28,634 bases of DNA from a virus (lineage: Duplodnaviria > Caudoviricetes), in the IMG/VR virus record IMGVR_UViG_3300037502_000757, positions 1 through 28,634 of that record. One strand, given 5' to 3'. Below, one piece after another: positions 4,795 to 13,382 of the stretch (position 1 is the stretch's first letter; every line of letters starts with the position of its first letter). Under the pieces are notes generated by a model, which was not told the origin of the DNA, searched no databases, and was given only the letters and a program-made list of their open reading frames with translations. The position numbers and the translations under genes were made by a program.

Positions 4795-5174
4795 GCCCTC
4801 TTGAGTTTGAAGCCAAGAAGATCGCGCTCAAACAGGATAGCAACGGGTTTGTTTTAACCCTTGCTGTTCATCCCGACGAGGCTCCGGAGGAACTTCTCAG
4901 GGACTTCGTAGGAGCGCGGTACGTAGTGGTGATGGTCAGGATCTTAGACGATGAGACCAAGCTTCTTTATAAGAACCGCGTCAGTCAGGCAGCGGTCTTG
5001 TGTAAGAAGCTGGACTTTCAGATGTGGCTAGACGTGGACTCGGAAGCGAAAGCTGCGGCAGAACTCTGTAAGCGTCTAGAAATTAAATCTCGATCAGAAC
5101 TAAATGGGAACAAAAAAGCGCAAGAGCTGTTTGATCTGATGGTAAAGGAATATAACGATGCCGACTTCTTCTAA
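4791..5174 (+). CDS. Hypothetical phage protein
   Basis: 127-aa ORF with ATGA coupling to the previous gene. Confidence 0.75.
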   Translation: MSPLEFEAKKIALKQDSNGFVLTLAVHPDEAPEELLRDFVGARYVVVMVRILDDETKLLYKNRVSQAAVLCKKLDFQMWLDVDSEAKAAAELCKRLEIKSRSELNGNKKAQELFDLMVKEYNDADFF

Positions 5175-5460
5175 GAAACTGAAACCTTTTATGTCCTACA
5201 TAGAAGAGTCTCAGTACGTAAAGATGAGCAGGCTGTCTAAGAAGACACACATCCCAATGTCTCAACTCATGAGGGAAGCTATCTCAATCAGGATCACAGA
5301 AGGCAATCCCTACACCGCCGGATTCAACAGCGGTTTAGAACATGCCATGAAGATTATTGATAACAACCAAGCTTCGCAAATGAGATTCCCGTCTGGAAAA
5401 TCTTTTGCAGAGTTGATCAACGAGGAAATTGAAAAGGCACGTATGAATGAAACTACTTAA
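5158..5460 (+). CDS. Ribbon-helix-helix DNA-binding protein
   Basis: N-terminal KPFMSYIEESQYVKMSRLSKKTHIPMSQLMREAI fits the RHH pattern. Confidence 0.65.
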   Translation: MPTSSKKLKPFMSYIEESQYVKMSRLSKKTHIPMSQLMREAISIRITEGNPYTAGFNSGLEHAMKIIDNNQASQMRFPSGKSFAELINEEIEKARMNETT

Positions 5461-5737
5461 AGGAAATAGAAACCAATGCGGAGTATGTAAAGAGTACTTT
5501 AATTCTTTAGGAGCTTTCGACAAACACCGGGTGTTTCAAAACCCAAAAGTTAAAGATTGGGCTACAAGACGCTGTATGACATCGGACGAAATGATCAGCA
5601 GCGGAATGTCTCTTAACCAAGCAGGGTTCTGGATAGCAGACAAGATGCCGGAACAGTTTTTAAAAGGATTGAAGGAAAATGAAAGTAACAACAAAGGTGG
5701 TAAGCGTAACGCCAACGATGGCGAAGTCGTGGCTTAG
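5447..5737 (+). CDS. FDXHR-type zinc-binding phage protein
   Basis: CGVCKEYFNSLGAFDKHR...RRC motif. Confidence 0.7.
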   Translation: MKLLKGNRNQCGVCKEYFNSLGAFDKHRVFQNPKVKDWATRRCMTSDEMISSGMSLNQAGFWIADKMPEQFLKGLKENESNNKGGKRNANDGEVVA

Positions 5738-6473
5738 TAAGTACAACAACAGAAACCGTCATGTGCGGGAAGGTGCAGTTAATAACTACGCTAATGACAT
5801 GAAGGAAGGTCGGTGGGAACTCACCCACCAAGGCATTGCGTTTTACGAAGATGGCGTCTTAGCTGATGGGCAGCACCGTCTGTTAGCGGTGATCCGGGCC
5901 AACAGAGACGTTCAGTTCATGGTGACACACGGTCTGCCTAAGAAGTCCGGAGCAGTCTTAGATCAACACTCTAAACGACAGGCTCATGACGCCATCGCCA
6001 TCGGCGGTCTAGCGGAAGGAAGCAACAGGAACATCGTAGCCATTACACGGTTCCTGATGTCAAACATGGGTTCCACTACAAAACCTAGAAGTGTTCATGA
6101 CATTGCGTGGTTCATTAAGAAGTACTACGAAGTCCTGAACAAGGTTGACCGAATGGTCATCTCTAAGAAACGGCAAGTTACACACGCCGGGATCTTATCG
6201 GTGTATGTTTGTGCCCTCTTGGCTGGGGAGCCAGAGGAGAAGATCGCCCGGTTCTCAAGAGTTATGTACACAGGCGAACCGGCAGGCCCGCATGAGAACG
6301 CAGCCATCCGTCTTAGAGAGTACCTCCTGATGACGCCTAACGCATGGGTTGGGTCTATCAGGGTAGAGACATGTAAACGAGCCATGAGGGCTTTGCATGC
6401 TTTTATCAGGGAGCAACCGCTAGGCAGGCTTGCAGCACCTGCTGAGTTCATCTACGCAGTCCCGGAGGAATGA
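5679..6473 (+). CDS. ParB/Srx-superfamily (DGQHR motif) protein
   Basis: TP..A..WL...N.RNR....V..YA.DM..GRW....I.F...G.L.DGQHRL.A motif. Confidence 0.75.
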   Translation: MKVTTKVVSVTPTMAKSWLSKYNNRNRHVREGAVNNYANDMKEGRWELTHQGIAFYEDGVLADGQHRLLAVIRANRDVQFMVTHGLPKKSGAVLDQHSKRQAHDAIAIGGLAEGSNRNIVAITRFLMSNMGSTTKPRSVHDIAWFIKKYYEVLNKVDRMVISKKRQVTHAGILSVYVCALLAGEPEEKIARFSRVMYTGEPAGPHENAAIRLREYLLMTPNAWVGSIRVETCKRAMRALHAFIREQPLGRLAAPAEFIYAVPEE

Positions 6474-6667
6474 TGGATATCACCGTATACAAAAGAGTCA
6501 CAGACGTACAAGCCACATGGAAGTCTTTCGGGTGGTCACCTCCTAGTGAAGACCCTGAGATCAAAGCCAAGTGGCAGTTCTATAGAACTCTAGACACTGG
6601 TGGATCTAATGAGCCAGCACGTTTAGAACCGTCAGAAGAGTATGCATTCCGTATAGATTTTAAGTAA
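6470..6667 (+). CDS. Hypothetical protein
   Basis: Coupled ORF with RBS GGAGG. Contains TDVQATW...GW.PPSE. Confidence 0.65.
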   Translation: MMDITVYKRVTDVQATWKSFGWSPPSEDPEIKAKWQFYRTLDTGGSNEPARLEPSEEYAFRIDFK

Positions 6668-6680
6668 CCAGGAGAAAACG

Positions 6681-6851
6681 ATGATTGATTACAGCGAAGG
6701 TTGTCACGAGTTAAAGACTTTGGTTCATAACCTTTATCAGGCGTGTATCGGTAAGGATTACTTAGCCGCTAAAGAGTTGTGCGATCAGATTGTGGTCACT
6801 GCCCGGCTTACCCGGGCGGTGATTACAGACAAGGAGCATGACAATGTTTGA
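6681..6851 (+). CDS. Hypothetical protein (56 aa)
   Basis: My translation MIDYSEGCHELKTLVHNLYQAC...DNV. RBS AGGAG. Confidence 0.65.
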   Translation: MIDYSEGCHELKTLVHNLYQACIGKDYLAAKELCDQIVVTARLTRAVITDKEHDNV

Positions 6852-7194
6852 CCAGACTAGAGCGTGTCAGTCGCTCCTTGCTTCTGTTGTTGCGCTAGCG
6901 ATTACAGACGCTACAAGTTCCCCTCTCAAGAACGAGAAGATGCCTCTATCTACAGAGGCGTTTACTGCCATGCGGTTTTTGTTCGATGAAACCCAAGCAG
7001 GTTTGGCTGAATACGCTACGTGGTTGGACATCGACCCGGGACACTTTAGGTTGAAGCTGCGAGAGGTCATGGCGGATAACACTCCCCACCATCGTGCCGG
7101 GTTTGATCCCATGAGGCGCAGGAACTTTCGGCAGAACTACGGCCTGTGGTTACGCATGCAGGGTGAAAACCTGACTCTGGAGGAAGAGGAATGA
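6838..7194 (+). CDS. Hypothetical protein
   Basis: 118-aa ORF in the operon, RBS AAGGAG (start 6838 or 6844). Confidence 0.7.
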   Translation: MTMFDQTRACQSLLASVVALAITDATSSPLKNEKMPLSTEAFTAMRFLFDETQAGLAEYATWLDIDPGHFRLKLREVMADNTPHHRAGFDPMRRRNFRQNYGLWLRMQGENLTLEEEE

Positions 7195-7343
7195 AAGACT
7201 ATCAAGACTGGAACGTACAACGAGCGATCTTAATAGAGTACCTACAGGTCATGATCGCCCGGAACGATTGGCATGGCGTGGCAGATGTAGCCATGGATCT
7301 AAGAGAAATGGAAGCAGAACGTAAGAACTATGCTTATAAGTGA
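7191..7343 (+). CDS. Hypothetical protein (50 aa)
   Basis: MKDYQDWNVQRAILIEYLQVMIARNDWHGVADVAMDLREMEAERKNYAYK. ATGA coupling. Confidence 0.65.
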   Translation: MKDYQDWNVQRAILIEYLQVMIARNDWHGVADVAMDLREMEAERKNYAYK

Positions 7344-7593
7344 AATCGTAGACGAACTAGAAGAAGACTTGATGGTGATTGCGATCAACATGAGTCATCA
7401 AGCAGGTTTGTCTGATTGCAAGAAAAGAGTCTTCTTACGTCATGTAAAGAAATACGTGAGAGACCTAAGCATAGCGTTCCCGCAAGAAGAATGTAAATGC
7501 AGGAAATGGATCATCAGAGACAAGTGGCGAGGATCGCCTTACCACTTAAAGCAGATCCAAATCTTACGAAATAACCTAAAGGGTGCAATGTGA
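7330..7593 (+). CDS. Hypothetical protein
   Basis: ORF tiles the operon. Confidence 0.55.
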   Translation: MLISEIVDELEEDLMVIAINMSHQAGLSDCKKRVFLRHVKKYVRDLSIAFPQEECKCRKWIIRDKWRGSPYHLKQIQILRNNLKGAM

Positions 7594-7805
7594 ACAGAGA
7601 TGACATCCTGAACAGGGCTGATAGGCACGGAGCCATGACGGCAGGCTGGATCTTTAGCGCTAATGGGCTAGAGAAGTTATGGAAGGAAGCGTACGAGGCG
7701 GGGAGGAAAGCAGAAAGAAAAGACTGCGCAGACCTAACAGAGCAGATGGGGCTGGACGGTTATGGAACGCTTGCTATAGCAGCGGCGATGAGGAAAAGAA
7801 AATGA
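7590..7805 (+). CDS. Hypothetical protein (AERxxCA accessory family)
   Basis: MNRDDI...AERKDCA...AIAAAMRKR motif, shared with neighbouring genes. Confidence 0.65.
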   Translation: MNRDDILNRADRHGAMTAGWIFSANGLEKLWKEAYEAGRKAERKDCADLTEQMGLDGYGTLAIAAAMRKRK

Positions 7806-8014
7806 ACGAAGAAGATATCATTGAACTAGCAAAAGAGGCTGGTGTGTACACGGAGTGGGAAGACAATGAACAGTGGTTAGTCATGCCAGAAGCATGTTTT
7901 CCTAAGTTCGCAGAACTTATCTCCGAAGCAGTACGAGAAGAGTGTGCGAAGTTCGTTGAGAAAGCAGACTTTACAAGCCCCAACCTGTTGGCTCAGATGA
8001 TTCGGGAGATGTGA
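7802..8014 (+). CDS. Hypothetical protein (FAELI..ECA family)
   Basis: MNEEDIIELAKEAG...FAELI...EECA. Coupled start at 7802. Confidence 0.65.
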   Translation: MNEEDIIELAKEAGVYTEWEDNEQWLVMPEACFPKFAELISEAVREECAKFVEKADFTSPNLLAQMIREM

Positions 8015-8319
8015 TGAACCAATACAGCATCTTGCAAATGGCACGGGAATCTGGACTGTTGCGAGGCGGAGATGGGTGGACAGAGCCGCACCGCTGGGGG
8101 ATTACCGAACTTGAACAATTCGCCAAAGCCATCGAAAACCACCTGCGCTACGACAGCATCCACACCTGCCACGCTGAGTGCCAGCGTCCTGCCTGTGTTG
8201 CGGTGCGTGAGGCAGTTAAGGCAGAGCGTGAGGCGTGTGCGAAGGTGTTTGATGGTGAAGTGTGGAGCTATGACTATCGAGAGATAGCGGCTGCAATCCG
8301 AGCACGAGGTGAGAAATGA
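8014..8319 (+). CDS. Hypothetical protein (AEREACA...AIRARG family)
   Basis: IHTCHAECQRPACV and AEREACA...AAAIRARGEK motifs. Confidence 0.7.
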   Translation: MNQYSILQMARESGLLRGGDGWTEPHRWGITELEQFAKAIENHLRYDSIHTCHAECQRPACVAVREAVKAEREACAKVFDGEVWSYDYREIAAAIRARGEK

Positions 8320-8606
8320 ACACTGGAAACACTCCTTTTGGAAATATTCAGTTTTTAGAAAACAACCACACAGAACTATTCCGCATATCGCGTGACGGTA
8401 TCTGGGCGCATCCAGATGTCCCTGTAGATGAAACCGCGCAGAAGGTTATAGAAGCGCTGGATAGCTACATCAAGGAACTGGTGCAGAAAGCGGTAGAAGC
8501 CGAGCGTGATCGGTGCATCCTGATCCTGGAGCGCCTGCACGAGCGGTCTGGAGGGCAGTACAACTACTACGCATACGCAGCCAACGTGCTGAAGGGGGAG
8601 ATATGA
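8316..8606 (+). CDS. Hypothetical protein
   Basis: Coupled ORF with an AVEAERDRC motif. Confidence 0.65.
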   Translation: MNTGNTPFGNIQFLENNHTELFRISRDGIWAHPDVPVDETAQKVIEALDSYIKELVQKAVEAERDRCILILERLHERSGGQYNYYAYAANVLKGEI

Positions 8607-8692
8607 GATGCGCGGCTCTTGTTGTGATCTTTGTTGTGCCGCTGATTGTCAATTGGTGGGCCGTTATCGAACTTGTGCGAGGTGAGAAATGA
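8603..8692 (+). CDS. Small hydrophobic peptide (29 aa)
   Basis: MRCAALVVIFVVPLIVNWWAVIELVRGEK. ATGA overlaps on both sides. Confidence 0.5.
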   Translation: MRCAALVVIFVVPLIVNWWAVIELVRGEK

Positions 8693-9039
8693 AAAATAAA
8701 GTTACACAGATTCAAGAGAATGCGCGGCTAATTGATGACATTGCAGACTGTTTACTTGAAGACCACATCGAACTGATGCAAGAGAACGCCGCGCTGCGCA
8801 GTCAAATTGTGGAGTTAACAGAGTCATTACGCGAATTTCCGGATTTGATTCGCAACGCATTTGAAGAAGTAACTTATCCCGAACTTCATTTTGCAGAAAC
8901 TTACGGCATACATGGGCTAAAGCGTCGAGATACTGGTGAGTATGTCATTTCTACTCTAGAAGAGCATTGGCAGACTTTTCAAAAAGGTTGGAAAGAAGCT
9001 GTTAAATGCTTACGCCGCCATTGCAAAAGCACGGGGTGA
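8689..9039 (+). CDS. Hypothetical protein
   Basis: 116-aa coupled ORF. Confidence 0.65.
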   Translation: MKNKVTQIQENARLIDDIADCLLEDHIELMQENAALRSQIVELTESLREFPDLIRNAFEEVTYPELHFAETYGIHGLKRRDTGEYVISTLEEHWQTFQKGWKEAVKCLRRHCKSTG

Positions 9040-9042
9040 GAT

Positions 9043-9366
9043 ATGACTGACCAAGAGCTAACAGAACTAGCAGCTAAAGCCGTGGGCATTACAGGCAAAT
9101 GGCACGAAGGCGCTAACGTCTGGTTGACAAACGAACAAACGGCTTGGGATCCGCTTTACACAGACGCTGACGCATTCCGATTAGCGGTGGATTTAAGTCT
9201 GTGGATACAGATCTCTGATCGTTGTGCATGGGCACAGCAGGATGCTGATTCCATTCTGGGTGAAACCGCCGCTTCGTCAATGGTGATGTTCAGAGAAGCA
9301 GATGATCCTTACGCCGCTGTCCGTCGGGCCATCGTTATCGCTGCTGCTGAGGTAGGTAAGAAATGA
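9043..9366 (+). CDS. Hypothetical phage protein
   Basis: MTD.EL.ELAAKA.G...WDPL..D.DAFRLAV.L...AAVRRAIV.AAAE.G, a recurrent phage accessory family. Confidence 0.7.
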   Translation: MTDQELTELAAKAVGITGKWHEGANVWLTNEQTAWDPLYTDADAFRLAVDLSLWIQISDRCAWAQQDADSILGETAASSMVMFREADDPYAAVRRAIVIAAAEVGKK

Positions 9367-9596
9367 ACCGAAATGAACTGCTTGAAGAACTACAAGAACA
9401 AGCCCGATTGGTCGGCATGGGTGCAGAGCGTGAGCTGGCACTGATGGCGAAGGTGCAGCGGCTGGAGCGAGTGAATGCTGAACTGTTGGATGCGCTTGAA
9501 ACAATCGTCGCAACAGAGCGCGAGCGCCACGGGTATCACCCGGCATGGACGGATCAGGCCCGCGCAGCAATCGCAAAAGCACGAGGTGAGAAATGA
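9363..9596 (+). CDS. Hypothetical protein (ELL.AL...ARAAIAKARG family)
   Basis: Coupled ORF with this characteristic tail. Confidence 0.7.
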   Translation: MNRNELLEELQEQARLVGMGAERELALMAKVQRLERVNAELLDALETIVATERERHGYHPAWTDQARAAIAKARGEK

Positions 9597-9757
9597 AAGT
9601 CGGCTATACCGGTTGGTTTGGGTGGCCTGCCATCTACTGCCTCATCAAAGAAATAAAAGGCGATACGTTGGTTGTTGAACTTGAAGATGAGCAGATTGTT
9701 GAGATCAAAGCTATCGAGTTCACGCCGAAATACATGATTCGTACGGAGTTGGAATGA
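9593..9757 (+). CDS. Hypothetical protein (54 aa)
   Basis: My translation MKVGYTGWFGWPAIYC...TELE. ATGA coupling at both ends. Confidence 0.6.
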   Translation: MKVGYTGWFGWPAIYCLIKEIKGDTLVVELEDEQIVEIKAIEFTPKYMIRTELE

Positions 9758-9885
9758 CCGAAGCCTTCTTCATTGGCTGGGCCGTGGGCATCGTGCTTGG
9801 CTATGTGGTCTGGGCACCGGAGACACGGTTCAAGAAGAACTTCGTTGATGGTTTGACGTTGAAGTTTTTGTGGAGGCGGCGATGA
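9754..9885 (+). CDS. Small membrane protein (43 aa)
   Basis: MTEAFFIGWAVGIVLGYVVW... has an N-terminal hydrophobic segment. Coupled. Confidence 0.6.
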   Translation: MTEAFFIGWAVGIVLGYVVWAPETRFKKNFVDGLTLKFLWRRR

Positions 9886-10007
9886 GCCAAGAAAAAGAAT
9901 TGACCCTTTACTTTGACACTTCCCGCAGATCGTCTGTCCTTGGAAGATTGATCAGACTGCTGTTGTTTCCATTCCGTTGGGTGCTGACAGGGAGGGCATG
10001 GTTATGA
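9882..10007 (+). CDS. Hypothetical protein (41 aa)
   Basis: MSQEKELTLYFDTSRRSSVLGRLIRLLLFPFRWVLTGRAWL. Coupled. Confidence 0.55.
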   Translation: MSQEKELTLYFDTSRRSSVLGRLIRLLLFPFRWVLTGRAWL

Positions 10008-10222
10008 ACGACCGAATCTGGGAGCTAGCAGGGAAGGCTCAAGAATATGCCGACGATAACTTTCTAGGTGAGCCAACTTGGTTCGAGGCATACGAGTCGA
10101 AGTTCGCCGAGTTGATTGTCAGGGAATGTGCCGACTTGTTCGCAGTTGAATACGGCAATGCCGGGGTAAGTGGTCACGAAGTTGCTCGTGTCTTGAAAAA
10201 ACATTTTGGAGTTGAGCTATGA
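10004..10222 (+). CDS. Hypothetical protein (KFAELIVREC...KHFGVE family)
   Basis: MNDRIWELA...FAELIVRECA...KKHFGVE motif. Confidence 0.7.
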   Translation: MNDRIWELAGKAQEYADDNFLGEPTWFEAYESKFAELIVRECADLFAVEYGNAGVSGHEVARVLKKHFGVEL

Positions 10223-10458
10223 AATTCCGCAAGAAGCCCGTAATCATCGAGGCCACGCAATGGTTTAAGGATGGGGATCACCAAGCCGTCTCAAGTTTTG
10301 AAACACCAAACGAAGATATGCAGGGTTTTGGTTGGATAAACACATTGGAAGGTGGCCACATCGTCACCCCCGGCGACTGGATCATCACCGGCGTCAAGGG
10401 CGAGCACTACCCCTGCAAGCCTGACATCTTTGAAGCAACATATGAGAGGGTGGAATGA
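10219..10458 (+). CDS. Conserved phage protein (RKKPV.IEA.QW...GDWII.G..GE.YPCKPDIF..TYE family)
   Basis: Full-length match to this widespread motif. Confidence 0.8.
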   Translation: MKFRKKPVIIEATQWFKDGDHQAVSSFETPNEDMQGFGWINTLEGGHIVTPGDWIITGVKGEHYPCKPDIFEATYERVE

Positions 10459-10652
10459 GCCTGATCGAACGACTTCTATGCGCGGTTCTTGGTCACAAGT
10501 ATGTGGTGCATCGAGTGTTTAATCCCGGCGCTCGGCAGGTTGGTTGCACCAGATGCAATCGGCAGTGGGCTATGCATGACGGCACACGGTCGTTTGTTCC
10601 GTGGGATGGTGAGTTTGAATCTATGTATCGACAATTTGGAGAGTGGAAATGA
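10455..10652 (+). CDS. Hypothetical Cys/His protein
   Basis: LLC...GH.Y...C.RC motif. Coupled. Confidence 0.65.
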   Translation: MSLIERLLCAVLGHKYVVHRVFNPGARQVGCTRCNRQWAMHDGTRSFVPWDGEFESMYRQFGEWK

Positions 10653-10864
10653 GTAACGATCCTTGGAAACACCGTAGCGTAGGAATGAAGTGCTCTACTT
10701 GTATGTGGTTTGTAGGCAAACAGCATGAAGGAATGGAAGCGGGCGATGCTTGGAAAATCGGAAGATGTAGACGCCATGCCCCAACTATGGGTGGGTACCC
10801 AGCGGTAAAGCCGGACGATTGGTGCGGCGACCACCGCCTTGATGAAAATAAAACAGGAGCTTGA
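10649..10864 (+). CDS. Small Cys-rich protein
   Basis: C..C.WF...G.CRRHAP...P.V...DWCGDH motif. Confidence 0.7.
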   Translation: MSNDPWKHRSVGMKCSTCMWFVGKQHEGMEAGDAWKIGRCRRHAPTMGGYPAVKPDDWCGDHRLDENKTGA

Positions 10865-10865
10865 A

Positions 10866-11093
10866 ATGAGTGATTTGACCTTTGGTATGAAAGCAGTTGG
10901 CTTGACCTTCAACCCCAGCAACGACCCGACGGTGGATGCAATCAAGCGAAAGTGCGCGGAATTGATCGACGAAATCCACGAGCTTCGTACCAACCAACCC
11001 GACGCTGAGATTGCACGGATGGCGAGCATTGCCATTACCGAGATTCAGACCGGGCAGATGTGGGCAGTAAAAGCTGCTACGTGGCAATACTAA
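10866..11093 (+). CDS. Acb2/Tad1-like helical-hairpin protein (candidate immune-signal sponge)
   Basis: G...VGL.FNPS....VD.IK...A.LID...R.ASIAITEIQT.QMWAVKAAT. RBS AGGAG. The C-terminal helix resembles Acb2/Tad1 sponges. Confidence 0.6.
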   Translation: MSDLTFGMKAVGLTFNPSNDPTVDAIKRKCAELIDEIHELRTNQPDAEIARMASIAITEIQTGQMWAVKAATWQY

Positions 11094-11123
11094 AACAGGA
11101 CGGGGCTTCGGCCCCGGTTAAAT

Positions 11124-11351
11124 ATGAACGCACTAAAACCTGTAGACATCCCAAACCAATACAGAGAGGCCGCACAAGAGGCGTTACAGGAGGTGATGGA
11201 AGAGAACCCAGACACGGTGATTATCTTGTCGTTCTGGAAAGATCGTGGTCAGTTCAAGATCAAGACATCTATGGTGCCTGATCGGTTGATGTTGATCGGT
11301 GCAATAGAGGAAGCCAAGGCGAAGGTCATTTCAGATGGGTACGCATCATGA
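11124..11351 (+). CDS. Hypothetical protein
   Basis: 75-aa ORF coupled to the next gene. Confidence 0.65.
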   Translation: MNALKPVDIPNQYREAAQEALQEVMEENPDTVIILSFWKDRGQFKIKTSMVPDRLMLIGAIEEAKAKVISDGYAS

Positions 11352-12325
11352 GCATCGAGGTCATGCGACAGGCGCTGGAGTATGTGCAAGAGTTCAAGCG
11401 CCGTTGGTGGGCAGTTCCGCCATTCGGCAACAAAGTAAACAAGGCAACGCGAGAAGCCGTATCAGCCGCGCACTCACCGATCTTCCAAATTGAAGACGCT
11501 CTCCGCGCTGCCATCGAGCAGGCTGAGAAGCCGGTGGCTTGGATGTATGACTTTATGTCAGACAGCGAAGTGATCCGAAACTGGATGACTCAAGACTATG
11601 CTGACATCGCACGAGAGAACGGTTTCAACGTGCGACCGCTCTACACCGGACTACGCCAAGAGCAGCCGCTCAAGATCGACCCAGCCGGTTGCCATATCCG
11701 TGTCGGGGAGGTCTCAGAGCCAATCTCTGTTGGCTACGACCAAACCTCGCTCGAACTGTGCAAAGAATGCGGCTGGAGAGCTTTGATCCCCGGTGATGGT
11801 TGCTTGGTCTGTGCGCGGCAGAAGGCGAAGCCGGTATGGATTCCGCGCGTTCACCTAGAGGCCGCACAGCGAGAGCCGTCGATGTGCCGCGTCGAGCCGA
11901 CAAACCGCCTGCCTGATTTCGTGCCGCTCTACACCGCACCGCCGCCGAAGTACCGGCGCGGAACCTATGTCCGGTGCATGGAGAGCGACGAGCTATGCCG
12001 GGTCTATACGACATCTATTGACGGCGGAGCATGGGTTCGGTGGCCTGATGGGTCGATCACCACATACACGGCAGAGCAGATGGGGCAGGCGTTCTCGCTA
12101 GAGCAGGCGGCTCCGGGGAAGCCTGTCGCCTATGTTGACGAGCGTATCCACGGCTGGCCGGACTGTTTTGTCATGGAGCCAGACCCGCCGCATACAGTGC
12201 CGCTCTACACAGAGCCGAGAGAATGGGTTGGGCTGACGGACGAGGAAGTGAACGAGTTTTATTGGATTAGCGCCTCAACTCTTGAGGCTATCGAAGCAAA
12301 ACTAAAGGAGAAGAACCATGGTTGA
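11348..12325 (+). CDS. Mosaic accessory protein with repeated (K/E)PVAW...PLYT segments
   Basis: Three PV..PLYT modules, with a WVGLTDEE...IEAKLKEKN tail. Confidence 0.7.
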   Translation: MSIEVMRQALEYVQEFKRRWWAVPPFGNKVNKATREAVSAAHSPIFQIEDALRAAIEQAEKPVAWMYDFMSDSEVIRNWMTQDYADIARENGFNVRPLYTGLRQEQPLKIDPAGCHIRVGEVSEPISVGYDQTSLELCKECGWRALIPGDGCLVCARQKAKPVWIPRVHLEAAQREPSMCRVEPTNRLPDFVPLYTAPPPKYRRGTYVRCMESDELCRVYTTSIDGGAWVRWPDGSITTYTAEQMGQAFSLEQAAPGKPVAYVDERIHGWPDCFVMEPDPPHTVPLYTEPREWVGLTDEEVNEFYWISASTLEAIEAKLKEKNHG

Positions 12326-12479
12326 GTACAAGACCTACAAGACTGCGCGGTTCCACATTCCCGAAGGCATGTACACGATCGAAGAGGTCGAGGAAATACT
12401 CGCGGCGATGAAGGAGATGAAGCGGCAGCACGACCAGATGCTGAGCAAAGCTATGCAACCCTTGGAGAAGAACACATGA
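12318..12479 (+). CDS. Hypothetical protein (53 aa)
   Basis: MVEYKTYKTARFHIPEGMYTIEEVEE...EKNT. RBS AAGGAG. Confidence 0.6.
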   Translation: MVEYKTYKTARFHIPEGMYTIEEVEEILAAMKEMKRQHDQMLSKAMQPLEKNT

Positions 12480-12706
12480 ACAACAAAAATGTCATTCGCT
12501 TTCCAGCTTCAGAAAACTTTACGCCAGACCTTGCAATTAAACATGTCCTTTCGTTATGTGAAGCGGGGCACGTGGCAGACATTCTGCTGGTTGGGTATGA
12601 CGACGAGAACGACCTGCTTACATTTAGCAGTCATATGACCAGAGCGGAAGCGGTGTTCTTGTTGGAGAAGGCTAAAGATTGGGCAATAAACGGGGGCTTG
12701 GAATGA
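12476..12706 (+). CDS. Hypothetical protein
   Basis: 76-aa coupled ORF. Confidence 0.65.
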   Translation: MNNKNVIRFPASENFTPDLAIKHVLSLCEAGHVADILLVGYDDENDLLTFSSHMTRAEAVFLLEKAKDWAINGGLE

Positions 12707-12783
12707 GCATCGGAACGCCGGGCTGTTTTGCGGAGTTTGCCCGCGCTATTGAAGCAAAACTAAAGGAGAAGAATTATGGATGA
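12703..12783 (+). pseudogene. 26-aa remnant made almost entirely of the shared EAKLKEKN tail
   Basis: MSIGTPGCFAEFARAIEAKLKEKNYG. 23 bp identical to 12293-12315. Confidence 0.45.
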
Positions 12784-13165
12784 TTGCAAAACAATTTTAA
12801 TCGGCGGCAGGGAGATCTGCTTCTATCCGTCTGGTAATGGCGGCTGGGTGTGCGGCATCAGCAACGAAATGATGGACACCCTATGCCGACTGAGCGACTC
12901 GGCTTGGCTGAACTCGATCAAGCAAGAGCCGGTGGCGTGGATGGTCTATGGGCTTGACGGTAAGTCAGTGTGTATTACAGATAACCCGGCAGACTTCGCC
13001 GAGCCACAGCGCGTGTTGCCACTTTACACAGCGCCACGTCACTGGGTGAGTTTGACAGACTGGGATATCCGTCAGATCACCGGGTGGTTTGGCGAGATCA
13101 CAGGATTCACCCGTGAACTGTTCGATCAGATTGATGCAAGGTTAAAGAAAAAGAACCATGGCTAA
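12776..13165 (+). CDS. Mosaic accessory protein (EPVAW...PLYT...WV.LTD...LKKKN)
   Basis: Shares modules with 11348-12325. Confidence 0.7.
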   Translation: MDDCKTILIGGREICFYPSGNGGWVCGISNEMMDTLCRLSDSAWLNSIKQEPVAWMVYGLDGKSVCITDNPADFAEPQRVLPLYTAPRHWVSLTDWDIRQITGWFGEITGFTRELFDQIDARLKKKNHG

Positions 13166-13382
13166 GCCCATGACCCATGCCGAGTGGCAAGTATGGATTG
13201 CGAATGAATGGGGAAAGTCCGTAGAAAAGGCGCGAGCGCAGAAAGAATGGGTCGGGCTGACGGATGAGGAGGCCATGCAAATATGGGATGGAGTCATCAA
13301 GTACGCGCTCGGTGAAGTCCGGGTCAAAGCTTTCGCCCTTGCTATCGAAGCAGCTTTGAAGGAAAAGAACCATGCTGGTTAG
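13158..13382 (+). CDS. Hypothetical protein (WVGLTDEE...LKEKN tail)
   Basis: Shared tail, overlapping neighbours. Confidence 0.65.
   Translation: MAKPMTHAEWQVWIANEWGKSVEKARAQKEWVGLTDEEAMQIWDGVIKYALGEVRVKAFALAIEAALKEKNHAG

Noticed and set aside
11101-11116. Intrinsic terminator after the Acb2/Tad1-like gene
   Set aside because: Strong UUCG hairpin but no U-tract, so kept only as a possible stabilising hairpin.
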